From: Alphaproteobacteria bacterium
GTDB taxonomy: Bacteria > Pseudomonadota > Alphaproteobacteria > RF32 > CAG-239
DNA length: 64,000 nt
Reading direction: 5' to 3'
Assembly: GCA_017444525.1 (NCBI GenBank)
Contig: JAFSWL010000014.1
Span: 2,420-66,419, forward strand
Shown here: positions 26,718 to 35,217 of the stretch, one piece after another
Position numbering within the stretch: the first letter of the stretch is position 1
Layout: the number at the start of each line of letters is the position of its first letter
Made by a program: the position numbers and the translations under genes
The notes under the pieces: generated by a model
Databases searched by the model: none
What the model was told of the DNA's origin: nothing
Seen by the model: the letters and a program-made list of their open reading frames with translations, nothing else

Positions 26718-29700
26718 AATTCTTATTATACCATTCTTTCATAGAATTAGGGCTGAGAATTGATAATGAATTGACATCAACACTTACATTATCGGTCGAA
26801 CCTTCTGCTTTATAATCAGCGGCAAATATAGTACCGTCTTTACTGGCAAGCAGATTACCCACCACCGGAATTTTACCCAAAAAACGGTTCAAACTATAGG
26901 CCGGAGCAATCACTCCGTGTAATTTCACTTCGTCGGTTGCTCGATTATATTGCCCAATACTGGTCAAACCTACGACATTACCTTCGGCTTTGGCATGCTT
27001 AAGTTTCAAAATCTTATAATGATATTCAAACGGTGCGCTGAAATGAGTAAAAGTCAAACCATCACCTTTCAACAAATCTAGCATACCGGTAAATGATGCC
27101 ACCGAAAGAATTTTAGCCATAACCGGAGCATTTTGAATACTGAAATCACGCACCATGGCATGACCGATAAACTTTTTATTAGCTGCTCGTCTTGCCTCTA
27201 TTTTCAACGTTCCTCCCACCATATTGTCATACAAACGCAACACCTTTAAAGTGCCGCCGGCATTATTACTTTCAACCGTGAGAAAATGTTCTTTATCGGC
27301 TCGCGGTAAATAACTCAGATTAAACTTAATCGACTTGTCAATTCCGAAATTGCCGGCCATGCTTAACTCGTTAACACCAATACCGCGGCGCAATTTTGCA
27401 TTGCCGGTAAAATTTAAGATCGGTGTATCGTCATTAGTCCATAAACGCCCCACCGAAATTGATACATCGGTATTATTGACTTTTTCCAAACCGTCATCTT
27501 CATTTTCTTGTACCGAGATTTTATCATCTACATTAGTTTTATCGTTTATTTTATCAAATAACGGCCGCAAATCATAACTTTCACCGGCAACATTTATATA
27601 GAAGCTCGGACTCTCACTGTCTGTCAGACTGATTTTTGCATGCGCCGAAGTACGCGGGCTGTTAATTTTTGCAATATTAATCGTTTTGACTCGACCGTTA
27701 TCATACATATCAATATTTCCGCTGACTGCAAATCCTGACTTTACAAAGCTCATATCGGAAACAGCTGTAACTTTATCTTTATTAACTTTAATTTTTGCCT
27801 TAATCTCCGCCGGTTCCCCTACTTCTTTGGTTAAGCCGAAATATTCATATTCCAACTTATTTTGCTGCAAATCTGCTGTTATATTAATGTCAATCAGTCC
27901 GTTTTCATAAACAATCACATCAGCCTTAACTTGCGTTTCTCCTTGCAAATTCGGCTCTTTTAATATTTTAAAATCAAATCCCAGATTAGATTTTGATTTT
28001 TCATCAAGTGTAAAAGCAATATGACTGCGACTTTTATATTTTTTCTCGGCAAACTTTTCATTCATTGCCAACGTTATCGGTATATCATCAAATTTGCCGT
28101 TACCGCTCAAACTCCAACCTGAGGAATTGACATCAAGTTTCATTTTATCTGAAGTTATAGAATGAGGAGGAATTAATTTATCTAAAGTGATATCATGCAA
28201 ATCAGCACTGACCTTAACTTTGATATCTTTAGTATCCAAATCTTGTTTCAACTCAAAATCCAAACTCAGCCTAACATCAACATTACCTTTAATTGAGTCC
28301 GGTTCTAAGCCTATTTCTGAAGTAAATTCCAGAGGCGGATTATCGATAAGTTGCAAAGCATCTGCCACCGACGAGTTGCCGATCAAATTAATCGATATAT
28401 AGTTATTGTATTTATCCAAATCATAAATATCTATCTTGCCTCCGGTAATTATAACTCCGTCGCTCACACCTTTATCGATATCGATTAAAATATTGCGCTC
28501 AGAAAAATGTGCAGTACCATAAACATGATGCACAACCGGCATACCATCCAAATAAAATAAGTCAACATCATCAAGTCCGGCTTTTCCCTGCAAGGACAAT
28601 AATCCCCAATCTTCCGATTTACGCCTATACCCAAAATCAAACACAAAAGCAGCTTTCTGTACATAACCGCCGATAAGTCCGTCCTTGCACCATTCCCACG
28701 CTGGCTCAGCCAAATAACGCGGCCAAAAACGTGATAACTGAGCAAACGGAAAACTATCGACCTCAATTTTCAAGCGCATTGCCGTATCTCTTAAAGTTTT
28801 TTCCAAATAGAAAGATTCTAGCCCGCTCATATCAACATCTATAACTGCTTTTTGCCCGCCCATTTTAAGTTCGGCATTGTATATATGAATTTCATCAATA
28901 CCTCCGACAACTTTACCTTCCAATTGCAACTCATCAATTTCATAGTTATATTTCTCATCGCCGTTAAAAGAAATATAACCATGTCCTCCGTCAAGTTCGA
29001 ACATAATTTTTTCAATTGCGCTGCTGAGATAATCCTCCGCTTCTTCCGGATGCTGCAAAACGTCGGTCAATTTGAGCGAAGTACTAATCTTGCCGTTAAC
29101 CGGTACTTCTATGGACATCATAGAAAATATATTATCTTCCGTAGTTTCATTAAACGTGCTCATAAGATCGGATATAACCAAATCGGAAAAATAAATTTCC
29201 ATGTCCAACACATCGTTTGCCGCATGATATACACTTTCAAAACCTACCGATGCGATTTTTTCATTTATGTTAACTAAGGCATTGGCATTGATATTCATAT
29301 TTATCAACTTGCGGTTAAATTCAAAATTAACATCTGACAACACCCATTTTCTGCCATAATCAACTTCATTGAACTCAAATTCACCGCCGCTGATTGTGAT
29401 GTTGTTTACATAGCTTTCAGAATAAATTTTATCATTGGAATTATAATGATCGAGAAACTCTTGTAACCGCTCTGCATAAAACTGCAACTTTTTACGATTT
29501 CCTGCTTTGGGCGCTTCATCTTCTACCCCGTAAGAGGTATTGATATACGCTGTCGGATTAATCAAATTAACATCGCTCGGAGCGATAATTCCTTTTAACA
29601 GTGCCCGCAAACTGAATGACAGATAAAGTTTCGGTGCTTCAATACTCATGGTATCGTCTTTTTTTGTAACAGCCACATTGTTAGCCGTTACCCTGAGCGG

Positions 29701-29922
29701 CTGAATCGAACGAACCAGCTCAATATTAACATCACCGATTTCAATTTTATAATCATTTTCATCATAATTGAGTGCCTGCACAATATACGGCTTTAAATAC
29801 GGCACCGAAATCGGTCCTTTATATAATGTCCACATTAAAAGCAAAAATACAATGAACAGACCGACCAAAAACCAGTCTACCATTTTTTTGAGAAAATATG
29901 CGCGAGCCGAAATTTTTTTCAT
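26692..29922 (-). CDS. AsmA/YhdP-like giant envelope protein (DUF3971-type)
   Basis: N-terminal TM (WFLVGLFIVFLLLMWTL), a 1076-aa beta-rich body, and an AsmA-family C-terminal signature (GKIPVVGNLLASKDGTIFAADYKAEGSTDNVSVDVNSLSILSP). Confidence 0.7.
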   Translation of the reverse strand: MKKISARAYFLKKMVDWFLVGLFIVFLLLMWTLYKGPISVPYLKPYIVQALNYDENDYKIEIGDVNIELVRSIQPLRVTANNVAVTKKDDTMSIEAPKLYLSFSLRALLKGIIAPSDVNLINPTAYINTSYGVEDEAPKAGNRKKLQFYAERLQEFLDHYNSNDKIYSESYVNNITISGGEFEFNEVDYGRKWVLSDVNFEFNRKLINMNINANALVNINEKIASVGFESVYHAANDVLDMEIYFSDLVISDLMSTFNETTEDNIFSMMSIEVPVNGKISTSLKLTDVLQHPEEAEDYLSSAIEKIMFELDGGHGYISFNGDEKYNYEIDELQLEGKVVGGIDEIHIYNAELKMGGQKAVIDVDMSGLESFYLEKTLRDTAMRLKIEVDSFPFAQLSRFWPRYLAEPAWEWCKDGLIGGYVQKAAFVFDFGYRRKSEDWGLLSLQGKAGLDDVDLFYLDGMPVVHHVYGTAHFSERNILIDIDKGVSDGVIITGGKIDIYDLDKYNNYISINLIGNSSVADALQLIDNPPLEFTSEIGLEPDSIKGNVDVRLSLDFELKQDLDTKDIKVKVSADLHDITLDKLIPPHSITSDKMKLDVNSSGWSLSGNGKFDDIPITLAMNEKFAEKKYKSRSHIAFTLDEKSKSNLGFDFKILKEPNLQGETQVKADVIVYENGLIDINITADLQQNKLEYEYFGLTKEVGEPAEIKAKIKVNKDKVTAVSDMSFVKSGFAVSGNIDMYDNGRVKTINIAKINSPRTSAHAKISLTDSESPSFYINVAGESYDLRPLFDKINDKTNVDDKISVQENEDDGLEKVNNTDVSISVGRLWTNDDTPILNFTGNAKLRRGIGVNELSMAGNFGIDKSIKFNLSYLPRADKEHFLTVESNNAGGTLKVLRLYDNMVGGTLKIEARRAANKKFIGHAMVRDFSIQNAPVMAKILSVASFTGMLDLLKGDGLTFTHFSAPFEYHYKILKLKHAKAEGNVVGLTSIGQYNRATDEVKLHGVIAPAYSLNRFLGKIPVVGNLLASKDGTIFAADYKAEGSTDNVSVDVNSLSILSPNSMKEWYNKNFGNEDDEL

Positions 29923-29924
29923 AT

Positions 29925-31047
29925 TTATACCGCCCCGCTCTCCGTATCGGATTTAATTTTTTGTGCCAAAGCGGCCGATAAAAACAAATCGATATCTCCG
30001 TCCAGAACGGCCTTGCAATCGGCAGTTTCCGCCTCCGTACGCAGGTCTTTAATCAAGCGATAGGGTTGCAACACATACGAGCGTATTTGATAACCCCAAC
30101 CGTTGTCACCTTGATTATCTCTGGCGGTTTGCGCCGCATCAGCTTTTTTTTGCATTTCCATTTCATAAAGCCGAGCACGCAGCATTTTCCAGCAATTATC
30201 TCTGTTTTGAAATTGCGAACGCTGCGTTTGACTTGAAACAACGATACCGGTCGGAATATGCGTGATACGCACTGCCGAGTCGGTTTTATTGATATGCTGA
30301 CCACCGGCTCCCGAAGCCCGATATGTATCGATGCGGCAATCTGCCGGATTGATATCAATTTGAATATTATCATCAATCACCGGATATACGCCGATTGAAG
30401 CAAAACTCGTATGCCGTCTGGCTGCACTGTCAAACGGAGAAATTCGCACCAATCTATGCACTCCGCTTTCCGATTTTAGCCAACCGTATGCATTTTTGCC
30501 GCTGATTTTAACTGTAGCGGATTTAAGGCCGGCCACATCGCCTTCAGTTTCTTCAATCAGTTCGGTTTTATATTGATGTGTTTCTGCCCAACGCGTATAC
30601 ATTCGGAGCAACATCTGTGCCCAATCCATTGCCTCGGTGCCACCGCTGCCGGCGTGAACCTCCAAATAAGCATCATTGCCGTCGGCTTCGCCCGAAAGCA
30701 GAGATTCCAACTCGGCGTGTTTGGTCTGTTGTTGCAGTTGCAACAGATTATTCATCAGTTCGCCCAACATAGCCTCATCGTTTTCCGCCTCGGCAAACTC
30801 TATCATCTCTTTATAATCATCTAAAGTCTGCGTATAACTTTCATATTGTGCCAGTTTGGCTTCCAACGTATTTTTTTCGCTCATCAGGCTTTGGGCTTTT
30901 TCCGGATTGTTCCATAAATCGGCATCGGCAGTCAAAGTTGCCAGTTCTTCGCGGCGCAACACAGCATTATCGTAGTCAAAGATACCTCCTCAGCAACGCC
31001 AAAGATTGCTCGACCTCTGTTACAATGTTATAAAATTCCGCGCGCAT
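29925..31047 (-). CDS. prfB: peptide chain release factor 2, made by a programmed +1 frameshift (31047..30979 joined to 30977..29925)
   Basis: SPF-region and GGQ motif (RASGAGGQHINKTDSAVR). A 23-codon ORF0 starts at ATG 31047 and ends at an in-frame TGA at 30978-30976. The track lists only the downstream frame. Confidence 0.9.
30975..30990 (-). promoter_or_regulatory. prfB +1 frameshift site with internal SD-like element
   Basis: The minus strand reads AGG AGG TAT CTT TGA C. The E. coli site is AGG GGG TAT CTT TGA C. Confidence 0.9.
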
Positions 31048-33479
31048 TAATATTCCCCTCCCAATTGCAAGCTGCTGTTCTCGTTTTCCGGACCGGCTAC
31101 GACAGAATTATCATCACCTATAACCCTCTGACGATTATAAAATTCAAAGTCTGGTTTCAACGCTTCGATAATTGCAGCCTTATCTCCGGGAACCGTCGGT
31201 TTTCCTGTGTACGGATTTACGCGCACCAATTTGATGCCTGCCGGAATGCGGAAACTGGTATCTGGCGTATCTTTCAATGCCTCTTTCATAAAGTCATAGA
31301 AAATTGGTAATGCCGCGTGAGCACCTGTTTCGGCCATTCCCAAACTTTCCGGCTCATCGTATCCGATATACACACCTGCCACCAAATCCGGTGAAAAGCC
31401 CACAAACCACGCATCTTTTGTTTCATTGGTGGTACCTGTTTTTCCGGCCAAATGGCGATGCAAACCGTTTAATTTAGCACCGGTTCCACGTACAGCCACT
31501 CCTTCCAAAATAGAAGTCATCTGATAAGCCGATAAAGGATCGACTACCTGTTCTCTTACCACCTCAAAATCCGGCTCAGGTTGGTTTTCCCACCTATCCG
31601 CCGCACACGAACGGCATGGAGTTTGCTCGTGCTTATATATAGTGTGCCCTTTGCGATCTTGTATACGTTCAATCAGATACGGAGGAACTTTTTTGCCGCC
31701 GTTGACAATTACACAATATGCACTTACCATATTAATCACTCTGGTATCGGCAGCCCCCAAAGAAGAAGACAGATACGGCGGCAGATGATCATTAACTCCT
31801 ACACGGCGCGACATTTCAACAATTTTATCCATACCAATATCCTGAGCTAAACGCACCGTCATCAGATTTTTTGAAAGCTCGACACCACGACGTAAAGTCA
31901 TCAACCCGTAAAACTTTTTGGAATAATTAACCGGTTTCCATTTCGGCATCCCTACCCCTTGATCCAACACAAACGGCGCGTCCAAAATCAAATCTGTCGG
32001 AGAATATCCGAGTTCCAATGCTGTAAGATACACAAAAGGCTTAAAACTTGAACCGGTCTGTCGATAGGCTTGTGTTGCTCTATTGAATTGTGATTTGGCA
32101 AACGAAAATCCGCCAACAAGAGCCAAAACCTTGCCAGTATGCGGATCCATAACCGCCATCCCACCCTCAACTTCCGGAATCTGGCGTAAATTGTATGTTT
32201 TGGCTTTTGCCACCTTGGAGGTATCTTTTTCGGCATAAATAACATCGCCTTTGTGCAGAACCTGTTCCATTTTGCTCGGTACCGGTCCCATATTTTTACC
32301 TTTTTCCTTATAGCGCGCCCATTTTACGGCAGAAAGCGGGATATTGCCGGTATCGCCGTTTACGGTTTCAATCTCGGCCTTATCGGCGGCAACATTCAGA
32401 ACAACGGCCTTTTCCCAAGTAGGTTCGGCACCGGCGGTCAAAACCGCATCTTTAAGGCTTTGCTTATAGTTTTCATCAATCTCAATATTTGCCTCAGCTC
32501 CGCGCCAACCATGACGTAAATCATAGTCTATCAACCCCTTGCGCATGGCTTTTGTTGCAATTTCCTGCAACCGCGGGTCCACCGTGGTACGCACAATCAA
32601 ACCGCCCTGATACAGAGCCTCGTCGCCGAAATTGCGGCTGATGGTACGACGCACTTCTTCGCTGTAATATTCGGTATCCTTTAAAAATCCGCTCTTACGT
32701 TCCACCACTTCCACCGGTTTTTCTTTGGCTTCGGCAGCAGCCTGCTCGGTAACGTATCCGTCTTCAAGCATACGATCGATAACCCAATTACGGCGAGCCA
32801 CAGCAGCGTCATATTTGGTTTTGGGATTATAGTTATTCGGCCCTTTCGGCAATGCTGCCAAATATGCCACTTCGTGCAATTCCAACTCATCAAGCGCCTT
32901 ACCGAAATAATTAATGGCGGCGGCAGCCACACCATACGCACGATTACCTAAATAAATTTCATTCAAATAAAGTTCCAGAACGTGCTCTTTGGAAAAGGCT
33001 CGGTTGATGCGCCGTGCCAAAATTGCTTCCTTGAGTTTACGCATATATGAAAGCTCTGAACTGAGTAAAAAGTTTTTAGCCACCTGCTGCGTGATGGTTG
33101 AAGCACCGGCCGGACGTTTACCTGTACCAATTTTGCGCAAATTACCTAATGCAGCGCGGATAATACCGCTGTAATCAATGCCTGAATGCTTATAAAAATG
33201 CTTATCTTCGGCAGCAATAAACGCTTGCTTTACCAAATCGGGAATTTTTTCTTGCGGCACAAACAAACGCTTTTCGGCAGCATATTCCATCATTACCTGT
33301 CCATCACCGGCAAACAAACGAGTGGTAACCGGTGGCTCATAATTTTCCAATTGATGATAATCCGGAATTGTTATATTGATTCTAGCCATTCCGTAAGTAA
33401 TGACAACAATTAAAATGATAAGACAAAACAGGCCGAAACTGGCCAAATAAGATAGCATTCTAAGCATATAAACCCACAC
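31047..33479 (-). CDS. mrcA: penicillin-binding protein 1A (bifunctional transglycosylase/transpeptidase)
   Basis: GT51 motifs EDKHFYKHSGID, GASTITQQ and RKLKE. TPase motifs SSFKP and KTGTT. The stop TAA overlaps the prfB ATG by 1 nt. The start may be one of the ATGs at 33479-33458. Confidence 0.9.
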   Translation of the reverse strand: MWVYMLRMLSYLASFGLFCLIILIVVITYGMARINITIPDYHQLENYEPPVTTRLFAGDGQVMMEYAAEKRLFVPQEKIPDLVKQAFIAAEDKHFYKHSGIDYSGIIRAALGNLRKIGTGKRPAGASTITQQVAKNFLLSSELSYMRKLKEAILARRINRAFSKEHVLELYLNEIYLGNRAYGVAAAAINYFGKALDELELHEVAYLAALPKGPNNYNPKTKYDAAVARRNWVIDRMLEDGYVTEQAAAEAKEKPVEVVERKSGFLKDTEYYSEEVRRTISRNFGDEALYQGGLIVRTTVDPRLQEIATKAMRKGLIDYDLRHGWRGAEANIEIDENYKQSLKDAVLTAGAEPTWEKAVVLNVAADKAEIETVNGDTGNIPLSAVKWARYKEKGKNMGPVPSKMEQVLHKGDVIYAEKDTSKVAKAKTYNLRQIPEVEGGMAVMDPHTGKVLALVGGFSFAKSQFNRATQAYRQTGSSFKPFVYLTALELGYSPTDLILDAPFVLDQGVGMPKWKPVNYSKKFYGLMTLRRGVELSKNLMTVRLAQDIGMDKIVEMSRRVGVNDHLPPYLSSSLGAADTRVINMVSAYCVIVNGGKKVPPYLIERIQDRKGHTIYKHEQTPCRSCAADRWENQPEPDFEVVREQVVDPLSAYQMTSILEGVAVRGTGAKLNGLHRHLAGKTGTTNETKDAWFVGFSPDLVAGVYIGYDEPESLGMAETGAHAALPIFYDFMKEALKDTPDTSFRIPAGIKLVRVNPYTGKPTVPGDKAAIIEALKPDFEFYNRQRVIGDDNSVVAGPENENSSLQLGGEY

Positions 33480-33509
33480 TGATAAACGTTCGAACTTTGA
33501 GAACGAATT

Positions 33510-33537
33510 TTATTACAATTTTGCAAAATTGCAATAA
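33510..33537. promoter_or_regulatory. 28-bp near-perfect AT-rich palindrome between amiC and mrcA
   Basis: The core CAATTTTGCAAAATTG (33516-33531) is a perfect 16-bp palindrome. The arms extend to 33510-33537 with one mismatch. Confidence 0.3.
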
Positions 33538-33541
33538 CTAT

Positions 33542-34789
33542 TTACCAGTTTGCAGCAATTTCCGGATCTTTAAAATATTTATCTATGGCACGGGCAACTG
33601 CATCTGCCAATTTACGCCTATATGCAGGTGTGCGCAAATTAGCTTCTTCCGTACGATTTGAAAGATATCCCATTTCTAAAAGCGCCGCAGGAACATCCGG
33701 TGCTTTTAACACGGCAAAGCCGGCAAATCTGTGAGTATTTTTTACAAGTTTTACACTTTTAGCCATTTCCTGCACCAAATAAGTGGCATATTTTGAAGAT
33801 TTGTTACGCGTATCTGTTTGTGAAAGAGAAATCAAAATATCATTAACCTCTTTGGTATTCCCTCCCAAATCAATTCCGCCGATAATATCCGCCTTATTTT
33901 CACGCTCAGCCAAAGCCGCAGCTTCTTGGTCCGATGCCGTATCCGACAGTGTATAGATTGAAAGTCCGGTAGCACTGCGATTCTGCGCACTATCGGCATG
34001 AATTGACATAAACAAATCAGCCTTGCGTTGCTGAGCAATTTTCGTGCGCTGCCGCAGAGGAATAAAGATATCGTTTTCTCTCGTCAAATAAACCACATAC
34101 CCTTTATTTTGCAGAATCTGCTTCAACTCTTTTCCCATCGAAAGCGTTACATTTTTTTCATAAGTTTTATAGGTTGCACCGATAGCCCCAGGATCTTTTC
34201 CGCCATGTCCGGGATCCAAAACAATTATCCGCTTACGATTAACCTTTGTTGTCGCTTTTTCAGTAGTAATATCCGCTGTTTTTTCTCTGTTTTCTTCTTT
34301 ATAACTCTGAACATCAGGATCAAACAGTTCATTATTCGTCAACATAAATTTATTTCCGATTTTATTGCGGAAACTTTTGGCATCAACCATCATCAAATCC
34401 ACCACCAAACGCCAATTTTGTCCGGATTGCGGCGGAATTAAAAATGCTTTTTTAACTGTTGCCGGACGTGACAATTCCAAAACCACACGTTTATCGTTAT
34501 CCGACATTTTACCGATTCGTGCCTGCTTAATCACTTGATTGGAAACTTTGGTATACAGTTTTTCGATATTGGCATCAGCCAAATCCACAACCACACGCTG
34601 CGGATCATCCAAAAGAAAAACCCGATAATTAATATTTTTATCCATATCAAAAACTACCCGTGCGCCATCAGTCTGATTACCGACACGCATATCCTTAATA
34701 CTGACAGATGCTTGCGCCTGACAGATAAATAAGCATAAAAAACACAGTGCGGTACATACTTTTACGAATAACCGATCCAACAGTTTCAT
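33542..34789 (-). CDS. amiC: N-acetylmuramoyl-L-alanine amidase with an AMIN domain
   Basis: Signal peptide, N-terminal AMIN-like domain (RVVFDM...VVVDL), and Amidase_3 motifs IVLDPGHGGKDPGA and SIHADS. Confidence 0.85.
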   Translation of the reverse strand: MKLLDRLFVKVCTALCFLCLFICQAQASVSIKDMRVGNQTDGARVVFDMDKNINYRVFLLDDPQRVVVDLADANIEKLYTKVSNQVIKQARIGKMSDNDKRVVLELSRPATVKKAFLIPPQSGQNWRLVVDLMMVDAKSFRNKIGNKFMLTNNELFDPDVQSYKEENREKTADITTEKATTKVNRKRIIVLDPGHGGKDPGAIGATYKTYEKNVTLSMGKELKQILQNKGYVVYLTRENDIFIPLRQRTKIAQQRKADLFMSIHADSAQNRSATGLSIYTLSDTASDQEAAALAERENKADIIGGIDLGGNTKEVNDILISLSQTDTRNKSSKYATYLVQEMAKSVKLVKNTHRFAGFAVLKAPDVPAALLEMGYLSNRTEEANLRTPAYRRKLADAVARAIDKYFKDPEIAANW

Positions 34790-35217
34790 TCAGAAATACT
34801 TTCATATTACGATCTAACTTAAGTTATCGTGATTATAAAACCTCATATATTACCAATATGTTAAAATGCGGATTATTTTTTTTGGTAATTTAATTAATTT
34901 TTTATTGTTTTTTTAAATTTTATGAATTAACTTCAAGTCGATTATAAGGTATTTTCGCTTACCAATTGAGAGTAGCACAGACAACGGTTCTGCGAATTTA
35001 CGGGTATAATATGAGTTTAGGTAAAGATGACACACTCCGCCGTTTTTCTAATAACCAAGAAGAAAAAGCGCAAAAACGGCCGAGATGATGAATGTTTGAC
35101 AAGCATAATGCGACTTATCTCGCATTATGTGCCGTATAGGATTGTTCAGAAGTGTTATTGAGCCTGTAATCGGCTCTTTTTAATATTTTAAAAGAGCACA
35201 AAAACAAGAGGTTTATA
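34790..35217 (+). promoter_or_regulatory. long ORF-free leader/promoter region of rne with several hairpins
   Basis: 428 nt. CATAATGCGA-cttatc-TCGCATTATG (35104-35129). GAGCC-tgtaatc-GGCTC plus a U run (35160-35184) overlaps the alternative GCTCTTTT...AAAAGAGC (35173-35197), just upstream of the SD AAGAGG (35206-35211). Confidence 0.55.
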
